IMG/VR virus record: IMGVR_UViG_3300020576_006930 | Coordinates: 1-64,000 of that record | Direction: 5' to 3' (one strand) | Source: a virus | Taxonomy: Duplodnaviria > Caudoviricetes | Length of the DNA stretch: 64,000 bases | In this document: positions 1 to 11,168 of the stretch, piece by piece | Layout of the letters: every line of letters begins with the position of its first letter | How positions within the stretch are numbered: position 1 is the stretch's first letter | The notes under the pieces: model-generated | What the model was told of the DNA's origin: nothing | What the model saw: only the letters and a program-made list of their open reading frames with translations | Database searches by the model: none | Translations under genes and position numbers: made by a program

Positions 1-56
1 TTTGTGTTTTGATGTCGTCTCCCACGACTTTTACGCAACCGTTGTATTGTATCAGT

Positions 57-467
57 ATGAATGAACCCGTTGGCAATTTACTATGGAACCATTTGGTTAT
101 GACCGTCAAAAAAGTAGCGCAGGTGGACGATGATTATTACATCGTCGAACTCCATATTCCTTTTACATTAGTGGCATCAGCTAAGCGTTGGGGCTTGGAA
201 AGACTTAAAAAAGAAACCTGGTTTGTCAATCGCTTGCGGGATGCCATCGAAGAAAAACTAAAGGTGGAAAAATTAGCCGATAAATTTCACGAACTATGCC
301 GCACCGTGACTTTTCCTGGGCCTGGAGGGAATGTCCCAGTCGGACATTTTAAGAAAGCTGATGTGGAGTGGTTAAAGTATAGTTTATTATGTCCCAGTGG
401 GGCTCGATTGGATGAATTTAAAATCTGGTATTGTCAACTGCGTAAACTTGACCCGATAACTTTATGA
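57..467 (+). CDS. Paralog family A member 1 (hypothetical)
   Basis: MNEPVGNLLWNHL...LHIPFTL; ATG at 57 fits the family motif better than the ORF-track start at 9. Confidence 0.75.
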   Translation: MNEPVGNLLWNHLVMTVKKVAQVDDDYYIVELHIPFTLVASAKRWGLERLKKETWFVNRLRDAIEEKLKVEKLADKFHELCRTVTFPGPGGNVPVGHFKKADVEWLKYSLLCPSGARLDEFKIWYCQLRKLDPITL

Positions 468-808
468 ACGGCGTAATTCTCTGGTCTAAAATTCAAATTG
501 GCAGTCTGGTCCCGGCACCGCAGAACAATACGGAAGTACCGGATGTGATATTGTTTGTTCCCATTCGCTTAACGAGTGTTGGAGTTAAAAAAGAATTGAA
601 TGAATTATTACCGGAAGTGAAAGAGGCGCTTATGCGCCGTTTAGAATGGGATGGAATTGAAATCGGTTGCTATTGTTGGGATAGATTGACCTATGATTAT
701 TCGCTGTATTTAAGTTCAGATAAACCATATGTGAAATATGAAGTTGGATGTTGTAATTGGTCGTGTTTGGAACATTTTCATCTATGGGCAAAACAAAAAA
801 GTATATGA
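464..808 (+). CDS. Paralog family A member 2
   Basis: MNGVILWSKI...VPIRLT; ATGA overlap with previous stop. Confidence 0.8.
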   Translation: MNGVILWSKIQIGSLVPAPQNNTEVPDVILFVPIRLTSVGVKKELNELLPEVKEALMRRLEWDGIEIGCYCWDRLTYDYSLYLSSDKPYVKYEVGCCNWSCLEHFHLWAKQKSI

Positions 809-1188
809 CCGCATTAGGTTTTATTCAATGGTCAAAAGTGGAGTTGGTCACTATGACGTTGGTGGGAGCCACCAATTCACATTACATTTGCCTCCGCGTT
901 CCCGTTCGGCTCATTCCGGCCTATCGCCCCGGACCCTTCGGTATTACAACACGCTTGGGTTGGCCCCAACAAAGGATGGAAGAAAATAAATATAAAGAGC
1001 AACTACGGGATGCGATGCGCAAAACCTTAGCCGTTAAAGTTTTTAAACACACACCCGCTCTTAATGATGAGGTCCAGTTGGAAATGAAAAGTTCATTGTG
1101 TATAACGAATGCGCACCAAACCGTGCTATATAAATTCTGGACCACTAATAAACAAGTTATTCAAGCCGTTAAAGATTATGAATGGTAA
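805..1188 (+). CDS. Paralog family A member 3
   Basis: MTALGFIQWSKV...VPVRL; ATGA overlap at 805. Confidence 0.75.
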   Translation: MTALGFIQWSKVELVTMTLVGATNSHYICLRVPVRLIPAYRPGPFGITTRLGWPQQRMEENKYKEQLRDAMRKTLAVKVFKHTPALNDEVQLEMKSSLCITNAHQTVLYKFWTTNKQVIQAVKDYEW

Positions 1189-1531
1189 ATTAATATGGTC
1201 GGGGCTAAAAATCATTCCGTCGATGGATTCGTTTGGGTCTGAGCATTTTAAATTGGAAATTCCCTTTACGTTGACAAAAGACGGAATGCGGACTGAATGG
1301 CAACATCTATATACGGCGATGGAAAAAGTAATTCAAGAACGCTTGGTTAAACAAGGCTTAAGTCTTGGACGGCAATTGTTGACGCGGCGAGTATTCTCAT
1401 CAACGATGGGGCCGAAATTCGGAGATATTATTTTGGCTACTTATACCGTTTATCCCGAAAGCCGTACGGAAGCGCATAAATATCACCTCTGGCGCTTGGA
1501 AAAATCTTTACACCCGGAGAAAAATTTATGA
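1178..1531 (+). CDS. Paralog family A member 4
   Basis: MNGKLIWSGL...EIPFTLT. Confidence 0.8.
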   Translation: MNGKLIWSGLKIIPSMDSFGSEHFKLEIPFTLTKDGMRTEWQHLYTAMEKVIQERLVKQGLSLGRQLLTRRVFSSTMGPKFGDIILATYTVYPESRTEAHKYHLWRLEKSLHPEKNL

Positions 1532-1899
1532 ATGGCAAACTAAACTGGAAAGAGATGGCAGTAATATTTGACGCGGTGGAGATTCCACCTCACCCGCAGT
1601 CTAGTGTTATTTTACAAATTCCCTATGTGTTGACGCGGCCGATTACAATGTCCACGAAAAGCTTAAAAGCCCGGATTGATCGGGCGGTCTGTGGCTGTTT
1701 AATCGAACTTGGTTTAGCGCTAGGTGATGATCCACACCCAGGGGCGCTCTGCGATCATATTAGTTTCTTTAATGATAATTGGTTGGAAAGTGATGCGTAT
1801 CCTTTAATTTTGTATTTTAAAATTTACGGCTTGACCACAGACCAGTTGGAAGCATATCGTTACTGGAACAAACAACGGAAAACGAATATTAAAATATGA
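1528..1899 (+). CDS. Paralog family A member 5
   Basis: MNGKLNWKEM...QIPYVLT. Confidence 0.8.
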   Translation: MNGKLNWKEMAVIFDAVEIPPHPQSSVILQIPYVLTRPITMSTKSLKARIDRAVCGCLIELGLALGDDPHPGALCDHISFFNDNWLESDAYPLILYFKIYGLTTDQLEAYRYWNKQRKTNIKI

Positions 1900-2231
1900 A
1901 TGGAGTAATACTATGGCATAAAATGAAGGCGGAGTCGATTGCGATCCTCACACGCAATGATGGCCCGGATATTATTTTGAATGTCCCCTGTCGCTTAACC
2001 GCTTTGGGCGCGTCTACTTCCTGGGTTTATATCGAACCCGCTTTAATCTCAGCGGTAGTTAATATTTTGACTAAACACGGACTCCGTGCGATTCGAAGCC
2101 AGATAATTATTGAACGGGGTGAATATAAACCCCACGATGATATTTACTGGACCCGCATCTGTATTCACGGCTTAACCCAATCCCAACTGAACGCGTATAG
2201 TATTTGGTTAACCAACCGCATAAAATTATGA
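1896..2231 (+). CDS. Paralog family A member 6
   Basis: MNGVILWHKM...NVPCRLT. Confidence 0.8.
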   Translation: MNGVILWHKMKAESIAILTRNDGPDIILNVPCRLTALGASTSWVYIEPALISAVVNILTKHGLRAIRSQIIIERGEYKPHDDIYWTRICIHGLTQSQLNAYSIWLTNRIKL

Positions 2232-2557
2232 ATGGTAAATTGTTATGGCATTTAACCACCTTCGGTTGTGGTAATGAACTTGGTGTCCCGCGTATAAACC
2301 TGGCCATTCCATTTTGTATTAGCGGAGGCGATATTATGTCAGAACGGGAATTAAAAAGATTAATCTATCTGGCCATCCAACATCGCCTTGAAAAATCAGC
2401 TTTGTATTACACGAATAACGACGGTTTAGAAATTATGTATCAGACCAGCAATACGCATAAAGCCTACTATGCGATTGCCGGCCTACCTGACTCGGCCTTC
2501 TTAAAATACCAACTCATCTTTAAAAATTATCCGCACTTACCACCCGACGAACAATAA
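2228..2557 (+). CDS. Paralog family A member 7
   Basis: MNGKLLWHL...AIPFCI. Confidence 0.8.
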   Translation: MNGKLLWHLTTFGCGNELGVPRINLAIPFCISGGDIMSERELKRLIYLAIQHRLEKSALYYTNNDGLEIMYQTSNTHKAYYAIAGLPDSAFLKYQLIFKNYPHLPPDEQ

Positions 2558-2561
2558 ATCT

Positions 2562-2930
2562 ATGAACGGTACATTAACCTGGTCCAAACTAAAAGTCATC
2601 CGGTTGCACGGAACAGAGCAACACAATGCCCGCAGTTTTTTCGAATGCGAAAACGATAAAATCACGATCTATGATGTCCACATTCGAATACCCTACCAAC
2701 TGACAAATAACATTTTCCGTTCATATGAAGACATTGACCCTTACCTCCTGAGCGCAATTGAAAGCCGATTAACCTATCTAGGTTTACCCATCAAAGACCC
2801 GCTGAGGGACTCTAATACATTGACCCACACGGTTCTGGGTAACGTAGATTATAAAATCTGGAATCTGAATATTCGTGAGCTAAGGATATGGCATGCGTGG
2901 TATATCGAAAAATTTTTCAAGCGACCCTGA
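2562..2930 (+). CDS. Paralog family A member 8
   Basis: MNGTLTWSKL...RIPYQLT. Confidence 0.8.
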   Translation: MNGTLTWSKLKVIRLHGTEQHNARSFFECENDKITIYDVHIRIPYQLTNNIFRSYEDIDPYLLSAIESRLTYLGLPIKDPLRDSNTLTHTVLGNVDYKIWNLNIRELRIWHAWYIEKFFKRP

Positions 2931-2939
2931 CTCTAAACT

Positions 2940-3293
2940 ATGTACGGCACACTATTATGGCACCAGATGCGCTTGACAACGCACTTAAATGTCGGCGATA
3001 CTAAGTGTTATATGCGCTTAAAGATTCCCGTGCGTCTGGACCTTTTTATGCCGATGGGGCCTATGCTCCAAAAGCTGGTGGAAAACCGCTTACGGTTGAC
3101 AATCCAAGAAAAATTAACCGTAAATAATCTCTATCACAACGGCGCGGAGGATACATTAACCATTGATTGGTCAACGAGTCCCACGGTAGCTTGTTATATC
3201 ATCAATTATACCGATTGCAACCAGGTTTTCCAATACCACGAATATATGGAGGCAAAAAATCGGCTAAACTATTGGGGTCCAATAAGAATTTAA
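2940..3293 (+). CDS. Paralog family A member 9
   Basis: MYGTLLWHQM...KIPVRL...AKNRLNYW. Confidence 0.8.
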   Translation: MYGTLLWHQMRLTTHLNVGDTKCYMRLKIPVRLDLFMPMGPMLQKLVENRLRLTIQEKLTVNNLYHNGAEDTLTIDWSTSPTVACYIINYTDCNQVFQYHEYMEAKNRLNYWGPIRI

Positions 3294-3296
3294 CTT

Positions 3297-3659
3297 ATGT
3301 ACGGCAAACTATTATGGCACCAGATGCAGCCGCAGATTTGTAAAAGTCCATATCAGGACGAAGGTTTACAACTCATTATGATTATTCCGATCAGACTTAA
3401 AGCCGGTCCAATGGTTGGAACAGCCGACAGAGAGGCTTATAAAATCAAAGTGGAAATGAGTCTGTTAGCCGCAATCCGGGCCAAATTAACCCAGTGTCAA
3501 CTGCCCAATCCCGTCTTTTCCAATGACCTGACGGTGGATTGGTATCGGGCCGACAAGGTTTGTTACACCGTCAATAAGATCACGGTCACGGATGCGCTAC
3601 GGTATCGTTCGTATTTGAAGGCAAAAAATCGCTTAAAATACTGGAAAAAACCGGTATAA
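3297..3659 (+). CDS. Paralog family A member 10
   Basis: MYGKLLWHQM...IIPIRL...AKNRLKYW; closest to member 9. Confidence 0.8.
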   Translation: MYGKLLWHQMQPQICKSPYQDEGLQLIMIIPIRLKAGPMVGTADREAYKIKVEMSLLAAIRAKLTQCQLPNPVFSNDLTVDWYRADKVCYTVNKITVTDALRYRSYLKAKNRLKYWKKPV

Positions 3660-3663
3660 CTTT

Positions 3664-4059
3664 ATGTACGGCAAACTATTATGGGCAAAAACGAAGGTGG
3701 AAATTGTGGAGGTAACCGCAAAAAAAACCGCCAAGTTAGCTAACCTCCAAGAATTCATCCGCTTGGAGATTCCCTTTGTGATAACTCCTCCGGGCTGGAA
3801 CATTATCGAAACGATGGGTCAAGCTTACTTTACCGATCAATTATTAATGGGCCTCCGGAGTCAGTTGAAGCGTGAGGGGCTCCATTACAATAAAAACTTT
3901 GACTGGTTAACGACCAATTTTAATGAATTACCCTTCGAAAGCTTTTCCGCTCTAACCTACACCGCCAAGTATATCATTCCCAACCCGTTTATGGATATGA
4001 AAATCGGTTACCAGAACTTTAAAACCAAGCTCGAAAACCGCCGTGGTAGCCCAAAATAA
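3664..4059 (+). CDS. Paralog family A member 11
   Basis: MYGKLLWAKT...EIPFVI...LKREGLHYN. Confidence 0.8.
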   Translation: MYGKLLWAKTKVEIVEVTAKKTAKLANLQEFIRLEIPFVITPPGWNIIETMGQAYFTDQLLMGLRSQLKREGLHYNKNFDWLTTNFNELPFESFSALTYTAKYIIPNPFMDMKIGYQNFKTKLENRRGSPK

Positions 4060-4068
4060 ATAAAATCT

Positions 4069-4425
4069 ATGAATAGTGGCAAATTAATCTGGTCCAAGGT
4101 AAAATGTACCATCAAACCCGTTAAGAGTCTTGACCCTACTTACGACATTAACTTAACCATCCCCTTCCGGGTCTTTGCGCAACCAGAAACCACCAACCTG
4201 ATCATCCTGGAACAAGAAATCTGTTTAGCCGTCTTAAACCAATTAGACCGTGAAGGCTTACGCTATAACATCCTCCGGGATGAACGCACTATTGATTGGG
4301 GCATGCCCGGCGGCTTTGAACCGACCCATTTCGATGGCCACAAGCTCTACCGCTACTTTTATACGATTCACGGAGCCACGCCAAATTCAGCGGCCAAGTA
4401 TTACGCTCGGTTCAACAAAATATAA
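4069..4425 (+). CDS. Paralog family A member 12
   Basis: MNSGKLIWSKV...TIPFRV...LDREGLRYN. Confidence 0.8.
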   Translation: MNSGKLIWSKVKCTIKPVKSLDPTYDINLTIPFRVFAQPETTNLIILEQEICLAVLNQLDREGLRYNILRDERTIDWGMPGGFEPTHFDGHKLYRYFYTIHGATPNSAAKYYARFNKI

Positions 4426-4431
4426 AAAGCA

Positions 4432-4773
4432 ATGAATAAAGGACACGGCAAACTATTATGGCACCGGATGCTCTTAACCTTATATGGGGACGGCGTCCGA
4501 TTAAGTGTCCCCTATACCCTCCAGCCCGTTTGGGCCAGCTTGGCAAGGTCCGATCCCAATTATCTAAAACGCAGACTCCATTACGCCATCCGTGAACAAT
4601 TATATAAATGTGGCTTGGATCCCGGCCCTGGCCAACCCTGTACCGAAATCCAACTCTGGGTCTCGATCAACGATAAAACCACTTGGGCATCCTATTATAT
4701 AAAAAGCCTACCCGAAGCCGGCCGGCAGGAATATTCCAACTATAACCAACGCCGGCAAACCCAAGCTTTATGA
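4432..4773 (+). CDS. Paralog family A member 13
   Basis: MNKGHGKLLWHRM...SVPYTL. Confidence 0.8.
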   Translation: MNKGHGKLLWHRMLLTLYGDGVRLSVPYTLQPVWASLARSDPNYLKRRLHYAIREQLYKCGLDPGPGQPCTEIQLWVSINDKTTWASYYIKSLPEAGRQEYSNYNQRRQTQAL

Positions 4774-5108
4774 AAAACCACGGCAAACTATTATGGCGCT
4801 ATCGCCTATTAACCTTTGAGAATATGGATGACATACGGCTAAGTATTCCCTATACGCTGAATCCCGATTGGACTTTCCAACCGGAAGGAACCGGATTTCT
4901 AAAACTCATGCTTTATGACGCTATTTACGCTCATTTAACCAAAGCCGGCCTGTATCCCGGAACGGAACTCCCCTCCGAACTTAAACTCTACGAAATACCA
5001 TTGGGCCGGCCGTGGGTTGGTTATTATATTAAAAACCTATCGGAGGCTCGGCGCCACGCTTACATTCTCCACGAAACCATTCGACGGGCAACCCTGACTG
5101 CTTTATGA
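4770..5108 (+). CDS. Paralog family A member 14
   Basis: MKNHGKLLWRY...SIPYTL. Confidence 0.8.
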   Translation: MKNHGKLLWRYRLLTFENMDDIRLSIPYTLNPDWTFQPEGTGFLKLMLYDAIYAHLTKAGLYPGTELPSELKLYEIPLGRPWVGYYIKNLSEARRHAYILHETIRRATLTAL

Positions 5109-5410
5109 ATAACCACGGCAAACTATTATGGACGCAAAGCCGACTCACCGCTTACGGCAGCGCACTTACTTTAACCATCCCATTCGTGGTCAACGCTGAA
5201 TGGCCGAGCCTCTTAAACGACCGGCAAAAATACCTGAAGAAACTGCTATTCGCTGCAATCCGTACACATTTATATAAATGTAACCTGTATCCCGGCGATC
5301 CCGCAACCGCAGTGCTGGATTTACACCGCCCCATTCTTCATGTCAGCTATACCATTGATCCGGCCCCACCCGTGATGATGCATAAATACTCTGAATACTT
5401 CAATCCGTAA
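5105..5410 (+). CDS. Paralog family A member 15
   Basis: MNNHGKLLWTQ...TIPFVV. Confidence 0.8.
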   Translation: MNNHGKLLWTQSRLTAYGSALTLTIPFVVNAEWPSLLNDRQKYLKKLLFAAIRTHLYKCNLYPGDPATAVLDLHRPILHVSYTIDPAPPVMMHKYSEYFNP

Positions 5411-6570
5411 TAACTCATACAACTCATTGGCCGCACACAACCTTAATTAAGCCTCCGTAATAACTCATAGGCAGTTCCGTATTTAAGCCTCCCACCCGTG
5501 GCCCAGTTCATTTCATAACCAACCCCCTATGGGGAGGGGGTACTGCCGCAGCTTTAATTACCCGCTGCCGTACCGTCCATTTTATTAAGGCGGGCGGGGG
5601 CTTATAAAATTGTTAATTGGGGTAGAGGGGGTGGGAGTGGGGCTTTGTGGGGCGGTATGGGACGGCGAATATAGAAATGGGCCAATAAGTAAAATAACTG
5701 AGCACTGCCCGTCCCCGAAGTGCCCAATTTTTTCCCGGCCTCCAGAATCAGCCTTATCCCTATCCATCCTTACTTGAGGCTTATATTTATTGACTGAACT
5801 GGTCCCCTATAACCCCTGGGCTTATTGCGCTTACTTGCTTGTGCGCTCACTGCGTTCGCTTCAATAAGTACTTAGCGTACCTAGTCTTCGTGTCATAATA
5901 ATTAATTTTATTTTTGCCCAATTTTTTTCTTTTTGATCACCACTCGCGTTTTTAGCGGAATTACCACATTTATAGCAAATTTCATTAAAAGAACTGATTA
6001 AGCTCATTAGGCTGCCTAATCGTCATGAGCCCATTAGAAGGGCTAATTTTCGGGTGGGGCCGGAGAAGCTGAGATTATGATATATAAGTAAGACTTTGTA
6101 GCATCATTACCATCTTTAATTATATAAATGACGCATAACTAATGACTTACGCATGGGCTAGATTTAATTATTAATTAGGCCTAGTAATAGTGTTATACTG
6201 CTCGGCGTAGCCGAACCTTATAGCCCAGTAGAAGTGTTAATTGTACGCGGCCCAATGATTATTAAAACTTATCACAGGGCTCGACCGACTCCATAAGTTC
6301 CGCTAACCGCCGGAAAGCTTTGGTTAAGGGCAACTAATCGCACGCGAAGAAATGCGCGAATTTCATTTGGGCAGTCGTAGTATCGACCTTCCGGGCCTTG
6401 CGGTCGCCTCTCAGCCGCCTGTTGCTTCCAGGTCGACTATGTGTACAGTCTATCAGCTTTTTATAAAAGGTCAAGCGCTTTCTTACTTTTTTTACTTTAA
6501 TCTTACCGAAATCTTACTTTAATCTTACCGTTTTTACCGAAATTAACTACTTATAGCCAACCAAGGGAGA
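5411..6570. other. Long non-coding block with G/C runs, hairpins and short repeats; left boundary of the early region
   Basis: No credible ORF; CCCCTATGGGG hairpin at ~5524; G-run cluster ~5620-5661; TACTTTAATCTTACCG twice at ~6493-6530. Confidence 0.6.
6369..6410 (-). ncRNA. Repeated small RNA motif, copy 1
   Basis: Near-identical to 20236-20278; just downstream of a minus-strand early promoter at 6451-6475. Confidence 0.5.
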
Positions 6571-6573
6571 CTT

Positions 6574-6837
6574 ATGAAACCAGGAAGACCAAAAAAATAT
6601 ACAACACTGGAGCAACTTGCTCAATCTAAAAGAGATAAGGCAAAGCGGTGGTATTACAAAAGCAAAAATAAAACGACAAAGAAAGTAGTTTCTATTATAC
6701 CAAAGCAAGTGAATGACGATGAAATTGTAGCGGTACCAATGGACGATGATGACGATTCGCCGAAAGCTACTGCTTATAAGGTGCTTAGCAATAACGCAGC
6801 GCAAAGGCTAAAAAATCGATTACTGGGCACTGGATAG
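6574..6837 (+). CDS. Small basic AT-hook-like (PGRPKK) DNA-binding protein
   Basis: N-terminal GRPK motif, K/R-rich with an acidic patch. Confidence 0.55.
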   Translation: MKPGRPKKYTTLEQLAQSKRDKAKRWYYKSKNKTTKKVVSIIPKQVNDDEIVAVPMDDDDDSPKATAYKVLSNNAAQRLKNRLLGTG

Positions 6838-6933
6838 GCGCCTATACAAGGGATATTTCACGGCAGGTTCGGTGTACAAATATTATATCAGCTTTTTTGA
6901 GCTTGTCAAGCCTTTGTTAGATAGTTATTTTGT

Positions 6934-7335
6934 ATGAGACAACGACGAAAAACAGCCAAACAATATAGGTTAGAGGCTAGGCGCAACACTTTGGAAATAG
7001 AGAAGTTACGTCTGGAAGAAATACGAAATAAAGCTAAAAAAGCCAAAAAAGTTCATACTTCAGGAGTTATTTACAAAGCGACGAATTTGTTATTGGAATA
7101 TAATAATATGTATATTGGAAAGACTTATGACCTTGAAAAGAGAAAAAAACAACATATAAGAGATGCTAATCGTGGTAGCCAATTTAAATTTCACAAAGCA
7201 CTGATGACATATGGGATAAACAATTTTAAGTGGGAAATTGTAGACCGTTTCAAATCAATAGAAGAATGTAATATAAAAGAGAGGGATTGGATTAGTCGTT
7301 ATAATGCTGTTGAATTTGGGTATAATGAAATTTGA
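6934..7335 (+). CDS. GIY-YIG homing endonuclease (Seg-like)
   Basis: GVIYKATN...YIGKT...R...H...E...GYN motifs. Confidence 0.85.
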   Translation: MRQRRKTAKQYRLEARRNTLEIEKLRLEEIRNKAKKAKKVHTSGVIYKATNLLLEYNNMYIGKTYDLEKRKKQHIRDANRGSQFKFHKALMTYGINNFKWEIVDRFKSIEECNIKERDWISRYNAVEFGYNEI

Positions 7336-7379
7336 TATCTACTGGACTGGTCAAGATTCTCCGCGTGGGCTAAATTGGG

Positions 7380-7414
7380 CTTGACAGCTTATAAAAAGCT
7401 GATAGTATTTACAG
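7380..7414 (+). promoter_or_regulatory. Representative early promoter TTGACN-N13-TGN-TANNNT; about 30 copies between 6.45 and 32.5 kb
   Basis: cTTGACAgcttataaaaagcTGaTAGTAT; copies near 7872, 9672, 10062, 22380, 23284, 24330, 25707, 28584, 29445, 30299, 30610, 31223, 31794, 32452 (+) and 6475, 6910, 17984, 18773, 19980, 21767 (-). Confidence 0.85.
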
Positions 7415-7908
7415 ATGAACGAATTTAATCGGCTCCAATTAGCCCTGGACCCTGACGGGTTCCTGGAGTCTTGCGACCGGTGTAATCGGTTAATTCACAA
7501 CTGGAACTGGATGGGCTGGTCGTTTGTCACTTTTGACGGGCGGATTATCTGTAATGATTGCCGCCGCGTGGAATTGATTGAATCTTTAAATACTGAATAA
7601 TATGGGAATGCGCATTGCCATCGGAGAAAACATGTACCGCTTTAACCCTTTCATTGTCAAGAACAAGCCGGGGTATTATACGCTCACGGAGGTCCATCGC
7701 AACAATCTTGGTGCGTGGTATCATTTCGTTAATGATAAGGGAGATGAGGCTTGTGTTAGTGGAACTTATTTGAAGTATTCCGTGGAATGTGATGTGCCCT
7801 CTAGTAAGCAATACCGCCGGGATCGCCGAGCCTTAAAGAACCGGTCCGCTCATATTAGGATGAAATAAGGCTTGACCTTTTTATAATATCCTGTAAATTG
7901 TACAAGTA

Positions 7909-8208
7909 ATGAAAACTGAATTGGCAAATTACCTCAACGCTGAAACTGAAAAGTTGAAAGCTTCCCAAAAGAAATCTATGAAAAACCTCTGTGGTAAGAC
8001 CCGGCCGAAAGATAAACCGTATGAAGTCTGGTCGAATGACTCAGGCTGGACCTGGAATGTCTTGAAGAAATACAAGTCTGACGAAGCCGAATCGGCTGAT
8101 CCGTATGCCCGTTATTTTTGTTTTGTGACATCGCCTTTTTGCCCCACTGGCGAACTCGGTGATGTATATACATCAGAGATTAAATCACAAGCCACACGGG
8201 TCTCTTGA
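7909..8208 (+). CDS. Hypothetical early protein
   Basis: ATG directly after an early promoter; W..W.VLK.Y...YARYFCFV.SP...GELGDVY. Confidence 0.7.
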   Translation: MKTELANYLNAETEKLKASQKKSMKNLCGKTRPKDKPYEVWSNDSGWTWNVLKKYKSDEAESADPYARYFCFVTSPFCPTGELGDVYTSEIKSQATRVS

Positions 8209-8654
8209 TATTGTTTAAGATATTCCGATGCCTTGATAAGCAAGTCGGGATCATCCTTAGCATATCCTATCATTCGATTGCACCAGGAGCATAACAATCC
8301 TCTGATTTGATTTGTCGAATGGTTGTGGTCCACACAAAAATGTTTTCGTTCAGTCGGGCCATTGCAAATGGCGCACTTATCGTTTTGTTTTTGCTTTTGT
8401 TTTTCATACCATTCTTGAGAATTTTCTATGCCAAATTTGTATTTTAAATTATCCCAATACCTTTTTGTTGGGTTTCTGGTCTTGGCATATTTCCTGGAAA
8501 TCTCTTTATTGGCTTCGTGATCGGCATAATATCGGTCACGTCCTTTTTTCCTATAACATATTATACAATAATTTAATGTCCATTTATTACACGATTTCCG
8601 AAACTCAGAAATTGGTTTTGATGTGTGGCAGATATTGCAGATTTTTGTTTCCAT
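8112..8654 (-). CDS. Endonuclease VII-family (HNH-like) homing nuclease
   Basis: CAIC...VDHNH...IRGLLCSWCNRMIG; N-terminal CxxC zinc finger; AT-rich and inserted antisense. Confidence 0.85.
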   Translation of the reverse strand: METKICNICHTSKPISEFRKSCNKWTLNYCIICYRKKGRDRYYADHEANKEISRKYAKTRNPTKRYWDNLKYKFGIENSQEWYEKQKQKQNDKCAICNGPTERKHFCVDHNHSTNQIRGLLCSWCNRMIGYAKDDPDLLIKASEYLKQYQETRVACDLISDVYTSPSSPVGQKGDVTKQK

Positions 8655-11168
8655 AATAATAAGTATAAGTCAACAACACAAAACCATTCATAAAAATGGT
8701 TGACAACCATATAAAATTTAGTATAATATAAAAATGAACGAAAACGAAGTTTGTAACGGCTACCACGATAATCCGTTTACGCACCGCAATTCTCAACTCT
8801 GTAATTGTGGTTCCGGCCAGGAAAGTCACTGGGTCAACGATGCGCAAGGCATCCCCTTGTGTCGTGTGTGTCCGGCCTGTAAAGCAGACAAGCTGAGCCG
8901 TTATCGGCCGGAAATCTTGAGCGGCTATACCCAGGCCGATGTAGATGAACCGATTGAGCCGGAAGATTACTAAATGGCAACTAGATTTGAAAATGTCATC
9001 CAAATGTTGGCGCGGTATCCGATCAGGAACCCCGCGTGGACTACCAGCAATGTTATGGGGGACGCAAGGCAGATTGAGTTCCTGGCGGAGGCATCGGACC
9101 TGGGCCTTTTTGCGGGTCAAGTGATTATGGCCGCGCAAGACCCGTGGAACCGGAGCTTACTATACTTTCCTGAAAAGAAATTTAATCAAGAGAATGAACT
9201 AACCCATTGGGAATGTATAACCCGTGTGGCCGGCTACGAAGTGAAATTGAAGATTTTTAATGACTGATTTATGAATAATAACCGCCAAGTAATCTCTTAC
9301 TTGACCAAGCGATGTCCCAAGTATCACTACGATTTAATTGAAATTGGTAAAAAAGGGTCAGGTTATCAGTATCCTGTGATTTTAATTGTCGGTGGTAAAT
9401 TACACCGCATTACGATTTATGGGACTGAACACGAACTGGATTGTCTGGTCCCCCGACTGAATGAGTATTTTGAGACAGGAGTTTTTGAAACCGCCACTTA
9501 TCACGAATATTATGATAATTCGGACATTAGCGCAGTTGCGGGAAGAATCTTCCGATTTGATACTAAGGAAGCTATGTGGGCGCACGTGAAGATTGTTAGG
9601 GAAACTTATCCAAATTGTGGTATTCGTGAAGTCCCCAAGCCGTTAGATGGTAATTTTGTTTAAATAAAGTCTTGACTTTTTTATAATCTCCTGTAAATTG
9701 TACAAGTAATGAAACATCCAACCCATAACTATAAATGGTCAGTTGGGCAGGTCCTACAATACCCCCAAGGCGGTTACTGGAAAGTCATATCCCACGAAAC
9801 TTTTATTGGCCGCGGCAATGTTCCATCCTATGATGTCCGTAAATGTTCCGCATCTGGTTTGGAATACAAGGCTCGCAATGGATATACCTGCGAATATGCT
9901 GATACTTGGCGTCCTGTGACTTTATCGGCTGTCGGTGAAAAGGCAAGCACGGAAGGCATTTCAGTGGGGATTCATAAGAGACGTTTATCCTCAGTGAATG
10001 CCCAACTTAAATTTCTTATGGAGAAAAAGATTGAATTGGAGAAAATACTTTCAACAAAGTCTTGACCTTTTTATAAAATCTGAGATAATATCATCAATGA
10101 AAACACAATACTTGTTTTACACGGTGCGCTACGGTTCGGTCGGTCATAAGTGGGAATTCAACTGGCCCGGTGGCCGGACGCTGTTGGTGGCTTGTAAGGG
10201 CCGCTTGATGGCGGACAAGGTGGCCCGCATCGTGGCTGGGGCGCTCAAGCGTAGTGGCAATGAACTGGATGGCTTGGCTCGCACCACCATCACCAATTTG
10301 ATTAACCAATGATTTATACCGCACTCCCGGTCACGGGTCAAGATAATAGCCTTGGAGGGTGAGACTCCCTCGGTGCGGCCAACTTAGGTCGAGAGACCTG
10401 ATACTAGAGGTATCCGTATGGGCTACGATACAGTCCACCAATTTAAAATATGAAGAAATACAGAGTTAAAGTGTACTGGGAAATGTGTGGCGAAGTGGAA
10501 GTGGAGGCAAAATCTCCAGCTGAGGCGGCGAAGCTCGCAGTTGATGCGCCGTTGCCTAGTTCAGATAATCAGGAATACGTTCCGGATTCTGCTAATGTGG
10601 ATGAGGAACTGGACGTGGATGAGGTGGATGAGGTCAATGAGCAATACCTGGCGGAGATGGACCAGGAAATGAAGGAACGGGAATAATGTATTCCGTCATT
10701 AGAGATCCAGAAACCGGCGAAGTCATCGGCTGGATGAATTAAATTTATGTCAATGAATAATTACGCCAACCACGGCTATGTGGTCCCCGCAACGAAATTA
10801 ACCGTTCTGTTGCCCAACGACAAGTGGACCAAATTTTTGGATTTGGTTAAGGAGAACGAGCCGTTGCCAGTTATCTTGGATGAGCTCCAGGAGTTTTACG
10901 ATAGCAATAGCACCTACACACCGCCGGTGGAGTTTTTCGTCCTGAATGATGAAGCAGAGTCGGATGGCCTGGAAATCGGCAAAGTCTATGCGATGTTTGA
11001 CGAAGCAGACCTGTTTGAAATGACGCCCTCAAAATTTATGGACGCATTGAATAAGGAGGGGATTCACCCCAAAAATGAGCAGTGGGTTACCTGGGGTTGA
11101 TAGTTGACAATTTAATAATTTCTGGTATAATTCCAGAATAGTAGAAAAACAAAACATAAAACGCAAAA

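Noticed and set aside
57-5410. Diversity-generating retroelement driving the paralog array
   Set aside because: No reverse transcriptase in the window and no near-identical template/variable pair differing only at adenines.
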